This document shows, in pieces, positions 1 through 13,699 of a DNA stretch of 64,000 nt. The notes under the pieces were generated by a model. The model had not been told where the DNA came from. It made no database searches and was given only the letters and a program-made list of their open reading frames with translations. Position 1 is the first letter of the stretch. The number at the start of each line of letters is the position of its first letter. The translations under genes were made by a program, and so were the position numbers. This stretch comes from the human T2T-CHM13v2.0 reference genome, Homo sapiens. The stretch lies in NCBI RefSeq assembly GCF_009914755.1, contig NC_060943.1; one strand, given 5' to 3'.

Positions 1-117
<117 letters not shown>

Positions 118-121
118 TAGA

Positions 122-1440
122 GTCATCATGGAAATTAAACAACCTGCTTCCAAATGACTTTTGGGTAAAGACTGAAATTAAGGCAGAAATAAAAAAATTA
201 TTTGAAACTAATGAAAACAAACATACAACATCCCAGAATCTCTGGGACACAGCTACAACAGTGCTCAGAGGAAGTTTCTAGTGCTATATGGCTACATTAA
301 GAAGCTAGAAAGATCTCAAATGAACCGCCTAACATCACACCTAGAGGAATTAGAAAAACAAGAGCAAATCAACCCCAAAGCTAGCAGAAGAAAAAAAAAA
401 AAAAACAAAATCAGAGCTGAGCTGAATGAAATTGAGATGTAAAATACCATACAAAAGATCAATGAAACCCAAAGTTGATTTTTTAAAAAAATTATTTATT
501 TATTATTTATTCCATAAATTATTGGGGTACAGGTGGTATGTGGTTACATAAGCTCTTTAGTGGTGATTTGTGATTTTGGTGCACCCATCACCTGAGCAGT
601 ATACACTACCCCCTATTTGTTGTCTTTTATCCTTCGCCCTCGCCAACTCGTCCCCCTAAGTCCCCAAAGTCCATTGTATCATTCTTATGCCTTTGTGTCC
701 TCATAGCTTAGGTCCCACATATCAGTGAGAACATACGATGTTTGGTTTTCCATTCCTGAGTTACTTCACTTAGAATAATACTCTCCGGTCTCATCCAGGT
801 CACTGCAAATGCTGTTAATTCATACAAAGTTGATATTTTTGGAAGCATAAATAACATGGAAAGACCACTAGCTAGATTAATAAAGAAAAAAAGACAAGAT
901 CCAAATAAACACAATCAGAAATGACAGAGGTGACATTACCACTGACCCACAGACATACAAGAAACCCTGAGACTATTCCACATGCCTCTATGCACAAAAA
1001 CTAGAAAACTAGAAGAAATAGATAAATTCCTGGAAACATAAAACCTCTCAAGATTGAACCAGGAAGAAATGGAAACCCTGAACAAACCAACGATGAGTTC
1101 CAAAATTGAGTTAGTCATACAAGACCTACCAACCAGCGCAAAAAACCTTAGACTAGACGGATTCACAGTCGAATTCTACCAGATGTGTAAAGAAAAGCCG
1201 GCACCAATCCTACTGAAATTATTCCACACAATTGAGGAGGAGCAACTGCTCTCTAACTCATTCTATGAGGTCAGAGTCATTCTGATACCGAAACCTGGCA
1301 GAGACACAACGAAAAAAGGAAAATAGGTAAAGTAATACATATGTTAATGATCTTGATTTAGCCATTCTACGGTATATACATATTTCAAAACAATATGTAC
1401 ATGATAAATATGTACAATTTGTCAATTAAAAATATATAAA
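122..1440 (+). mobile_element. Degenerate L1 (L1MA-like): ORF2 fragment joined to a 3' terminus; repeated in each unit
   Basis: ORF 1054-1326 ([12 protein letters not shown]...DGFTVEFYQ...[28 protein letters not shown]) is L1 ORF2-like. Positions 1327-1440 resemble an L1MA 3' end, implying a large internal deletion. Confidence 0.88.
480..824 (-). mobile_element. 5'-truncated L1PB-like 3' UTR inserted antisense into the older L1; repeated in each unit
   Basis: TTATTGGGGTACAGGTGG...GGTGCACCCATCACCTGAGCAG...TCAGTGAGAACATACGATG. Flanked by the target-site duplication CAAAGTTGAT (470-479 and 825-834). Confidence 0.85.
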
Positions 1441-1541
1441 AGGAAGAGGAAAAAATTCAAATGGCGTAGAATTTGAAAGGAGAAGATACAGAACAAACTC
1501 CAGTGTCTTCTTTATTCAACTATATATACACACGTTCAATG

Positions 1542-1849
<308 letters not shown>

Positions 1850-2016
1850 GGATTTAATGAATGAATGATGAGACCGTTGGTGACATCTCCCACCTTCTCC
1901 CTCTCACTCCACTGCAGCCACACGGGGCTCCTCACTGTTCCCGTAGCAGCAGGCATGTGCCCCCACAGGGCCTCTGTACTGGCTGTTCCCACTGCCCGAA
2001 CACCCTCATGCACCAT

Positions 2017-2234
2017 CTGCACTGTCCAATACGGCCGCCTCTGGCCACACATGGCTACTGAGCAGTTGAACATGGCTGGTCCAAACCAAGATTTCCAAGA
2101 CGTCGTGTGGTAAAAAAAACAACATAAAATTTTGCAAAAATGTTTCTATTGATTATGTTAAAATTATGATGTTTTAGGTATATTAGGTTAAATCAGCTAT
2201 TTTATCAAAATGAATCTCGCCTGTTTGTTTTTGC
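2017..2234 (+). mobile_element. MER33-like hAT-Charlie DNA transposon fragment; repeated in each unit
   Basis: CTGCACTGTCCAATACGG...GCCACACATGGCTACTGAGCA...GATTTCCAAGAC...TATATTAGGTTAAAT...CCTGTTT follows the recalled MER33 consensus. Confidence 0.75.
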
Positions 2235-2545
2235 TTTTTTTTTTTTTTTTTTTTTTTTTGAGATGGAGTCTCGCTCTGTCGCCCAGGCTAGAGTACAATG
2301 GCGTGGTCTCAGCTCACTGCATCACTGCAACCTCTACCTCCCAGGTTCAAGCGATTCTCCTACCTCACCCTCCCAAGTGGCTGGGATTACAGGCGTGTGC
2401 CACCACACCCAGCTAATTTTTGTATTTTTGTAGAGACAGGGTTTCACCATGTTGGCCAGGCTGGTCTCGAACTGCTGACCTCGTGATCTACCTGCCTCGG
2501 CCTCCCAAAGTCCTGGGATTACAGGTGTGGGCCACTGCGCCGGCC
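2235..2545 (-). mobile_element. Full-length antisense AluS; repeated in each unit
   Basis: T-tail at 2235-2259 and both Alu arms. Confidence 0.92.
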
Positions 2546-2779
2546 ATGTTTCTCGACTTCTGCTGGCAAGCATGTTCCAGTATTTGCATGGCTCCTAGCC
2601 CTCATCTCCATTTCTGTGCACAGATGTTATCTTCCCCATGAGGTCTGCCTTATACATGAGGCGTGTATTATAAAGTGCAACTGCCAATTCGCCAACCCCG
2701 TTGTTTCTTCTGTCCAGAACACTAGGCACCATCTGATCTCCTATGCCTTTTCCTTATTGTCAGATACTGAACTCTCAGA

Positions 2780-2917
2780 TACAGTTCCCCTTCCTCCCTC
2801 CAGGGGGCGCCATGGAACGCAGGGCCCTCACTGGCCCTGGGGACTGGGTGACGTCAGGGGTGAGCCTCTGGTGATTGGCTCCCTCACCCTGCGTAAGATC
2901 AAAGGGCCTAAAGGTCA
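2780..2917 (+). promoter_or_regulatory. Upstream motif cassette of snaR (CTCF, CRE, CCAAT, TCF/LEF, NBRE); present in every unit
   Basis: TACAGTTCC (2780-2788) plus CCTCCAGGGGGCGC (2797-2810) for CTCF; TGACGTCA (2849-2856); TGATTGGCT (2872-2880); AGATCAAAGGG (2896-2906); AAAGGTCA (2910-2917). Other copies start at 8162, 13552, 18945, 24331, 29717, 35108, 40502 and 45888. These are motif matches only; binding is not shown. Confidence 0.7.
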
Positions 2918-2927
2918 GCCCCGACAC

Positions 2928-3046
2928 CCGGAGCCATTGTGGCTCCGGCCGGTTGCGCGGGCCCTCGGACCCTCAGAGAGGCGAGGGTTCGAGGGCACGA
3001 GTTCGAGGCCAACCTGGTCCACATGGGTTGAAAAAAAAATTTTTTT
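2928..3046 (+). ncRNA. SNAR-C: snaR (small NF90/ILF3-associated RNA), B/C type, Pol III; copy 1
   Basis: Reads CCGGAGCCATTGTGGCTCCGGCCGG...GAGTTCGAGGCCAACCTGGTCCACATGGGTTG-A9-T7. Has an A-box-like TGGCTCCGGCCGG (2940-2952), a B box AGTTCGAGGCC (3000-3010) and an oligo-T terminator (3040-3046). Matches the recalled snaR family sequence; the subtype call is from memory and gene numbers cannot be assigned. Confidence 0.92.
3040..3046 (+). terminator. Pol III oligo(dT) terminator of snaR (T7, in every unit)
   Basis: First run of 4 or more T after the B box, directly following A9. Confidence 0.85.
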
Positions 3047-3075
3047 ATCGTTCCCAATATAACAACAAAACATAA

Positions 3076-3603
<528 letters not shown>

Positions 3604-3899
3604 TGGAGCCAGAGTCTGTATAAAATAAAGTGTAAATAGTACCATAAATAAAGAATACATAGTACCATTTTATAGTAGTATAAAACGGACATTAGAAACT
3701 CTGGACTTAAAGTTTAAAAAAATACACAAAAGTAGTTCTCAAGTTCTAGAGACTTGGAGAATCCAGGAATCAACAATGTCGTGGAACTCCTACAGCCTTT
3801 CATAAAGAATGGCCCTCGAGGAAAGTGGAATTGTCAGTGGGCATTGTGTTCGTGCCTCAGCTAAACACGGCAGGAATTTATTTATAACCTAGTGTAACA

Positions 3900-4442
<543 letters not shown>

Positions 4443-4666
4443 GCTTCACACCTAGAGAAGAGAGTGAAAGAGAAGGGAGAGCCGTCCTTTTGGGCTGCCT
4501 TGAAATAAAGGTTGACCCATGGGTTCATGTATTGTCATTCATTCTCATTTTCTCTTCCTCTCTTTCTCTCTCTCCCCTGCCCCTTAAGTTAGCTTTTCTA
4601 CACCCTACCTGGATAAGGATAAGAAATAGAAGGAGGGGACACTTTAGGATGCTACAAAATAAAATA

Positions 4667-4714
4667 CAACAACAACAACAATAACAGCAGCAGCAACAAC
4701 AACAACAGCAACAA
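4667..4714 (+). repeat. Interrupted CAA/CAG trinucleotide repeat; repeated in each unit
   Basis: (CAA)5 TAA (CAG)3 (CAA)4 CAG (CAA)2. Confidence 0.95.
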
Positions 4715-4876
4715 AAGGGGAAGAAACAAATCTGGCCACTGCACATTCCTCCTTGGCAACAAAAAGCCGTGGATGCAAAAAGCTGCCCTTCACTGCATAG
4801 ACAGAACAGGGCGCGCTCGAGCTATGAATCTCGGAAATTACTCAAACCATCAGCCTCTGCAAGAAGCAAAGTGGAC

Positions 4877-5009
4877 GGCCGGGCGCGGTGGCTCACTCCT
4901 GGAATCCCAGCACTTTGGGAGCCCGAGGTGGGCGGATCACGAGGTCAGGAGATCGAGACTGTTCTGGCTAAGCCAGTGAAACCCCCTCTCTACTAAAAAA
5001 ATAACAAAA
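4877..5009 (+). mobile_element. Solitary Alu left arm (AluY/Sc-type diagnostics); repeated in each unit
   Basis: GGCCGGGCGCGGTGGCTCAC...GGATCACGAGGTCAGGAGATCGAGAC...CTCTACTAAAAAAATAACAAAA, followed by non-Alu sequence. Confidence 0.9.
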
Positions 5010-5286
5010 GCGAAGTGCATCTCCCATAAACGAGGTACTGCAGGAAGAAAGCAGAAAATGAGACCCGAGTACACACATGCACGCGGGCGTGCGCACACAC
5101 ACACCAGAAGAAATGAACCAAGAGGAAAGGAAATATTTTCAAGTAAGCATTTGGAGATGGGAAAAACACCTTGAAACAGAAATTCATAAAGTACACACAT
5201 GTTTTTTTTTTAAGTTAAAAGAGGAACAATAATAAACAGGCAGAAAATGAATAAAAAATAAAATGTCATATCAGAAGTGAAGATAA

Positions 5287-5505
<219 letters not shown>

Positions 5506-7048
5506 TAGAGTCATCATGGAAATTAAACAACCTGCTTCCAAATGACTTTTGGGTAAAGACTGAAATTAAGGCAGAAATAAAAAAATTATTTGAAACTAAT
5601 GAAAACAAACATACAACATCCCAGAATCTCTGGGACACAGCTAGAACAGTGCTCAGAGGAAGTTTCTAGTGCTATATGGCTACATTAAGAAGCTAGAAAG
5701 ATCTCAAATGAACCGCCTAACATCACACCTAGAGGAATTAGAAAAACAAGAGCAAATCAACCCCAAAGCTAGCAGAAGAAAAAAAAAAAAACAAAATCAG
5801 AGCTGAGCTGAATGAAATTGAGATGTAAAATACCATACAAAAGATCAATGAAACCCAAAGTTGATTTTTTAAAAAAATTATTTATTTATTATTTATTCCA
5901 TAAATTATTGGGGTACAGGTGGTATGTGGTTACATAAGCTCTTTAGTGGTGATTTGTGATTTTGGTGCACCCATCACCTGAGCAGTATACACTACCCCCT
6001 ATTTGTTGTCTTTTATCCCTCGCCCTCGCCAACTCGTCCCCCTAAGTCCCCAAAGTCCATTGTATCATTCTTATGCCTTTGTGTCCTCATAGCTTAGGTC
6101 CCACATATCAGTGAGAACATACGATGTTTGGTTTTCCATTCCTGAGTTACTTCACTTAGAATAATACTCTCCGGTCTCATCCAGGTCACTGCAAATGCTG
6201 TTAATTCATACAAAGTTGATATTTTTGGAAGCATAAATAACATGGAAAGACCACTAGCTAGATTAATAAAGAAAAAAAGACAAGATCCAAATAAACACAA
6301 TCAGAAATGACAGAGGTGACATTACCACTGACCCACAGACATACAAGAAACCCTGAGACTATTCCACATGCCTCTATGCACAAAAACTAGAAAACTAGAA
6401 GAAATAGAGAAATTCCTGGAAACATAAAACCTCTCAAGATTGAACCAGGAAGAAATGGAAACCCTGAACAAACCAACGATGAGTTCCAAAATTGAGTTAG
6501 TCATACAAGACCTACCAACCAGCGCAAAAAACCTTAGACTAGACGGATTCACAGTCGAATTCTACCAGATGTGTAAAGAAAAGCCGGCACCAATCCTACT
6601 GAAATTATTCCACACAATTGAGGAGGAGCAACTGCTCTCTAACTCATTCTATGAGGTCAGAGTCATTCTGATACCGAAACCTGGCAGAGACACAACGAAA
6701 AAAGGAAAATAGGTAAAGTAATACATATGTTAATGATCTTGATTTAGCCATTCTACGGTATATACATATTTCAAAACAATATGTACATGATAAATATGTA
6801 CAATTTGTCAATTAAAAATATATAAAAGGAAGAGGAAAAAATTCAAATGGCGTAGAATTTGAAAGGAGAAGATACAGAACAAACTCCAGTGTCTTCTTTA
6901 TTCAACTATATATACACACGTTCAATGGACCGGGAGCAGTGGCTCAAGCCTGTAATCACAGCACTTTGGGAGGTCAAGGCGGGCAGATCACCTGAGGTCG
7001 GGAGTTCGAGACCAGCCTGACCAACAGAGAGAAACCCCAGCTCTACTA

Positions 7049-7201
<153 letters not shown>

Positions 7202-8309
7202 TCAGTCTCAAAAAAAAAAAAAAAAAAAAAAAAAGGATTTAATGAATGAATGATGAGACCGTTGGTGACATCTCCCACCTTCTCCCTCTCACTCCACTGC
7301 AGCCACACGGGGCTCCTCACTGTTCCCGTAGCAGCAGGCATGTGCCCCCACAGGGCCTCTGTACTGGCTGTTCCCACTGCCCGAACACCCTCATGCACCA
7401 TCTGCACTGTCCAATACGGCCGCCTCTGGCCACACATGGCTACTGAGCAGTTGAACATGGCTGGTCCAAACCAACATTTCCAAGACGTCGTGTGGTAAAA
7501 AAAACAACATAAAGTTTTGCAAAAATGTTTCTATTGATTATGTTAAAATTATGATGTTTTAGGTATATTAGGTTAAATCAGCTATTTTATCAAAATGAAT
7601 CTCGCCTGTTTGTTTTTGCTTTTTTTTTTTTTTTTTTTTTTGAGATGGAGTCTCGCTCTGTCGCCCAGGCTAGAGTACAATGGCGTGGTCTCAGCTCACT
7701 GCATCACTGCAACCTCTACCTCCCAGGTTCAAGCGATTCTCCTACCTCACCCTCCCAAGTGGCTGGGATTACAGGCGTGTGCCACCACACCCAGCTAATT
7801 TTTGTATTTTTGTAGAGACAGGGTTTCACCATGTTGGCCAGGCTGGTCTCGAACTGCTGACCTCGTGATCTACCTGCCTCGGCCTCCCAAAGTCCTGGGA
7901 TTACAGGTGTGGGCCACTGCGCCGGCCATGTTTCTCGACTTCTGCTGGCAAGCATGTTCCAGTATTTGCATGGCTCCTAGCCCTCATCTCCATTTCTCTG
8001 CACAGATGTTATCTTCCCCATGAGGTCTGCCTTATACATGAGGCGTGTATTATAAAGTGCAACTGCCAATTCGCCAACCCCGTTGTTTCTTCTGTCCAGA
8101 ACACTAGGCACCATCTGATCTCCTATGCCTTTTCCTTATTGTCAGATACTGAACTCTCAGATACAGTTCCCCTTCCTCCCTCCAGGGGGCGCCATGGAAC
8201 GCAGGGCCCTCACTGGCCCTGGGGACTGGGTGACGTCAGGGGTGAGCCTCTGGTGATTGGCTCCCTCACCCTGCGTAAGATCAAAGGGCCTAAAGGTCAG
8301 CCCCGACAC

Positions 8310-8428
8310 CCGGAGCCATTGTGGCTCCGGCCGGTTGCGCGGGCCCTCGGACCCTCAGAGAGGCGAGGGTTCGAGGGCACGAGTTCGAGGCCAACCTGGT
8401 CCACATGGGTTGAAAAAAAAATTTTTTT
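8310..8428 (+). ncRNA. SNAR-C: snaR B/C type, copy 2
   Basis: Identical to copy 1 by eye, including the A9T7 end. Confidence 0.92.
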
Positions 8429-8497
8429 ATCGTTCCCAATATAACAACAAAACATAAAGGGAGGACGCCTTGATAGGAAGAAATGACATCTTCCTAA

Positions 8498-8701
<204 letters not shown>

Positions 8702-9388
8702 TGACCAGGCTGGTCTTGAACACCTGGCCTCAAATGATCCACTCGCCTTGGTCTCCCAAACTGGTAGGATGACAGGCGTGAGCCACCGCGCCCAGCCTCT
8801 TCTATTCTTTTAGAGACAGCGTCTCACTCTGTTGCCCAGGCTGGAGTGCATTGATGTGATGTGTGATCATAGCTCATTGCAGCCCTGACCATCCGAGCTC
8901 AAGCAATCCTTCTGCCTCAGCCTCCTGAGTAGCTGGGGCCGCAGATGTGCACCACTGCACCTGGCTAATTTTTAACATTTTTTGTGGAGCCAGAGTCTGT
9001 ATAAAATAAAGTGTAAATAGTACCATAAATAAAGAATACATAGTACCATTTTATAGTAGTATAAAACGGACATTAGAAACTCTGGACTTAAAGTTTAAAA
9101 AAATACACAAAAGTAGTTCTCAAGTTCTAGAGACTTGGAGAATCCAGGAATCAACAATGTCGTGGAACTCCTACAGCCTTTCATAAAGAATGGCCCTCGA
9201 GGAAAGTGGAATTGTCAGTGGGCATTGTGTTCGTGCCTCAGCTAAACACGGCAGGAATTTATTTATAACCTAGTGTAACATCCTCGAGGCACTGTTCAAT
9301 TAGTCAAGCAATTGTAAAATTCTCCCAGTCTTAGAAAAGATACAGGTGTGTGTCCCTCTGCTGTGGCTGTGCACTGACGCTTCAGTAA

Positions 9389-9574
<186 letters not shown>

Positions 9575-10671
9575 TGAACAGCTGGGATTACAGGCACCCG
9601 TCCCCATGCCCGGGTAATTTTTGTATATTTAGTAGAGATGGGGTTTCACCATGTTGGCCAGGCTGGTCTCGAACTCCTTACCTCAAGCGATCCATCCGCC
9701 TCAGCCTCCCAAAGTGCTGGGATTACAGGCGTGAGCCAGTGCGCCCGGCTTCTTGAATTAGTTTCTAGGAGAAGCCAAGAACCCCCCCGGGCTAAGCCTC
9801 AATTTTGGGGCTCGCCTGTGCTGCATCAGCTTCACACCTAGAGAAGAGAGTGAAAGAGAAGGGAGAGCCGTCCTTTTGGGCTGCCTTGAAATAAAGGTTG
9901 ACCCATGGGTTCATGTATTGTCATTCATTCTCATTTTCTCTTCCTCTCTTTCTCTCTCTCCCCTGCCCCTTAAGTTAGCTTTTCTACACCCTACCTGGAT
10001 AAGGATAAGAAATAGAAGGAGGGGACACTTTAGGATGCTACAAAATAAAATACAACAACAACAACAATAACAGCAGCAGCAACAACAACAACAGCAACAA
10101 AAGGGGAAGAAACAAATCTGGCCACTGCACATTCCTCCTTGCCAACAAAAAGCCGCGGATGCAAAAAGCTGCCCTTCACTGCATAGACAGAACAGGGCGC
10201 GCTCGAGCTATGAATCTCGGAAATTACTCAAACCATCAGCCTCTGCAAGAAGCAAAGTGGACGGCCGGGCGCGGTGGCTCACTCCTGGAATCCCAGCACT
10301 TTGGGAGCCCGAGGTGGGCGGATCACGAGGTCAGGAGATCGAGACTGTTCTGGCTAAGCCAGTGAAACCCCCTCTCTACTAAAAAAATAACAAAAGCGAA
10401 GTGCATCTCCCATAAACGAGGTACTGCAGGAAGAAAGCAGAAAATGAGACCCGAGTACACACATGCACGCGGGCGTGCGCACACACACACCAGAAGAAAT
10501 GAACCAAGAGGAAAGGAAATATTTTCAAGTAAGCATTTGGAGATGGGAAAAACACCTTGAAACAGAAATTCATAAAGTACACACATGTTTTTTTTTAAGT
10601 TAAAAGAGGAACAATAATAAACAGGCAGAAAATGAATAAAAAATAAAATGTCATATCAGAAGTGAAGATAA

Positions 10672-10890
<219 letters not shown>

Positions 10891-12433
10891 TAGAGTCATC
10901 ATGGAAATTAAACAACCTGCTTCCAAATGACTTTTGGGTAAAGACTGAAATTAAGGCAGAAATAAAAAAATTATTTGAAACTAATGAAAACAAACATACA
11001 ACATCCCAGAATCTCTGGGACACAGCTAGAACAGTGCTCAGAGGAAGTTTCTAGTGCTATATGGCTACATTAAGAAGCTAGAAAGATCTCAAATGAACCG
11101 CCTAACATCACACCTAGAGGAATTAGAAAAACAAGAGCAAATCAACCCCAAAGCTAGCAGAAGAAAAAAAAAAAAACAAAATCAGAGCTGAGCTGAATGA
11201 AATTGAGATGTAAAATACCATACAAAAGATCAATGAAACCCAAAGTTGATTTTTTAAAAAAATTATTTATTTATTATTTATTCCATAAATTATTGGGGTA
11301 CAGGTGGTATGTGGTTACATAAGCTCTTTAGTGGTGATTTGTGATTTTGGTGCACCCATCACCTGAGCAGTATACACTACCCCCTATTTGTTGTCTTTTA
11401 TCCCTCGCCCTCGCCAACTCGTCCCCCTAAGTCCCCAAAGTCCATTGTATCATTCTTATGCCTTTGTGTCCTCATAGCTTAGGTCCCACATATCAGTGAG
11501 AACATACGATGTTTGGTTTTCCATTCCTGAGTTACTTCACTTAGAATAATACTCTCCGGTCTCATCCAGGTCACTGCAAATGCTGTTAATTCATACAAAG
11601 TTGATATTTTTGGAAGCATAAATAACATGGAAAGACCACTAGCTAGATTAATAAAGAAAAAAAGACAAGATCCAAATAAACACAATCAGAAATGACAGAG
11701 GTGACATTACCACTGACCCACAGACATACAAGAAACCCTGAGACTATTCCACATGCCTCTATGCACAAAAACTAGAAAACTAGAAGAAATAGATAAATTC
11801 CTGGAAACATAAAACCTCTCAAGATTGAACCAGGAAGAAATGGAAACCCTGAACAAACCAACGATGAGTTCCAAAATTGAGTTAGTCATACAAGACCTAC
11901 CAACCAGCGCAAAAAACCTTAGACTAGACGGATTCACAGTCGAATTCTACCAGATGTGTAAAGAAAAGCCGGCACCAATCCTACTGAAATTATTCCACAC
12001 AATTGAGGAGGAGCAACTGCTCTCTAACTCATTCTATGAGGTCAGAGTCATTCTGATACCGAAACCTGGCAGAGACACAACGAAAAAAGGAAAATAGGTA
12101 AAGTAATACATATGTTAATGATCTTGATTTAGCCATTCTACGGTATATACATATTTCAAAACAATATGTACATGATAAATATGTACAATTTGTCAATTAA
12201 AAATATATAAAAGGAAGAGGAAAAAATTCAAATGGCGTAGAATTTGAAAGGAGAAGATACAGAACAAACTCCAGTGTCTTCTTTATTCAACTATATATAC
12301 ACACGTTCAATGGACCGGGAGCAGTGGCTCAAGCCTGTAATCACAGCACTTTGGGAGGTCAAGGCGGGCAGATCACCTGAGGTCGGGAGTTCGAGACCAG
12401 CCTGACCAACAGAGAGAAACCCCAGCTCTACTA

Positions 12434-12586
<153 letters not shown>

Positions 12587-12594
12587 TCAGTCTC

Positions 12595-12625
<31 letters not shown>

Positions 12626-13699
12626 TTAATGAATGAATGATGAGACCGTTGGTGACATCTCCCACCTTCTCCCTCTCACTCCACTGCAGCCACACGGGGC
12701 TCCTCACTGTTCCCGTAGCAGCAGGCATGTGCCCCCACAGGGCCTCTGTACTGGCTGTTCCCACTGCCCGAACACCCTCATGCACCATCTGCACTGTCCA
12801 ATACGGCCGCCTCTGGCCACACATGGCTACTGAGCAGTTGAACATGGCTGGTCCAAACCAACATTTCCAAGACGTCGTGTGGTAAAAAAAACAACATAAA
12901 ATTTTGCAAAAATGTTTCTATTGATTATGTTAAAATTATGATGTTTTAGGTATATTAGGTTAAATCAGCTATTTTATCAAAATGAATCTCGCCTGTTTGT
13001 TTTTGCTTTTTTTTTTTTTTTTTTTTTTTTTGAGATGGAGTCTCGCTCTGTCGCCCAGGCTAGAGTACAATGGCGTGGTCTCAGCTCACTGCATCACTGC
13101 AACCTCTACCTCCCAGGTTCAAGCGATTCTCCTACCTCACCCTCCCAAGTGGCTGGGATTACAGGCGTGTGCCACCACACCCAGCTAATTTTTGTATTTT
13201 TGTAGAGACAGGGTTTCACCATGTTGGCCAGGCTGGTCTCGAACTGCTGACCTCGTGATCTACCTGCCTCGGCCTCCCAAAGTCCTGGGATTACAGGTGT
13301 GGGCCACTGCGCCGGCCATGTTTCTCGACTTCTGCTGGCAAGCATGTTCCAGTATTTGCATGGCTCCTAGCCCTCATCTCCATTTCTCTGCACAGATGTT
13401 ATCTTCCCCATGAGGTCTGCCTTATACATGAGGCGTGTATTATAAAGTGCAACTGCCAATTCGCCAACCCCGTTGTTTCTTCTCTCCAGAACACTAGGCA
13501 CCATCTGATCTCCTATGCCTTTTCCTTATTGTCAGATACTGAACTCTCAGATACAGTTCCCCTTCCTCCCTCCAGGGGGCGCCATGGAACGCAGGGCCCT
13601 CACTGGCCCTGGGGACTGGGTGACGTCAGGGGTGAGCCTCTGGTGATTGGCTCCCTCACCCTGCGTAAGATCAAAGGGCCTAAAGGTCAGCCCCGACAC

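Larger units (their letters stand above)
1884..2762 (+). mobile_element. L2 3' fragment (1884-2010 and 2575-2762) split by MER33 and an Alu; repeated in each unit
   Basis: CAGCCACACGGGGCTCCTCACTGTTCC...CAGGGCCTCTGTACTGGCTGTTCCCACTGCC and the later TGCATGGCTCC...CACCATCTGA resemble the recalled L2a consensus. Confidence 0.65.

Noticed and set aside
1054-1326. 90-aa ORF repeated in each unit
   Set aside because: A decayed L1 ORF2 fragment with a TTG start and flanking stops, not a host gene.
2928-3046. Possible tRNA, 7SL or Alu call for the GTTCGA-containing gene
   Set aside because: No cloverleaf and only remote Alu similarity; the sequence fits snaR.
2616-3075. 101-148-aa and 66-aa ORFs overlapping snaR
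   Set aside because: Non-ATG starts and GC-rich open frames across the promoter and ncRNA, with no recognisable domain. The 148-aa version depends on a single SNV in copy 1.
4525-4746. Cys-rich ORF (poly-C) and its poly-Q counterpart
   Set aside because: Translation of the CAA/CAG microsatellite, not a metallothionein- or keratin-associated-protein-like gene.
5015-5045. Minus-strand TGCAGTACCTC...TGCAC resembling the U2 snRNA 3' end
   Set aside because: Only an 11-nt match, with no further U2 similarity.
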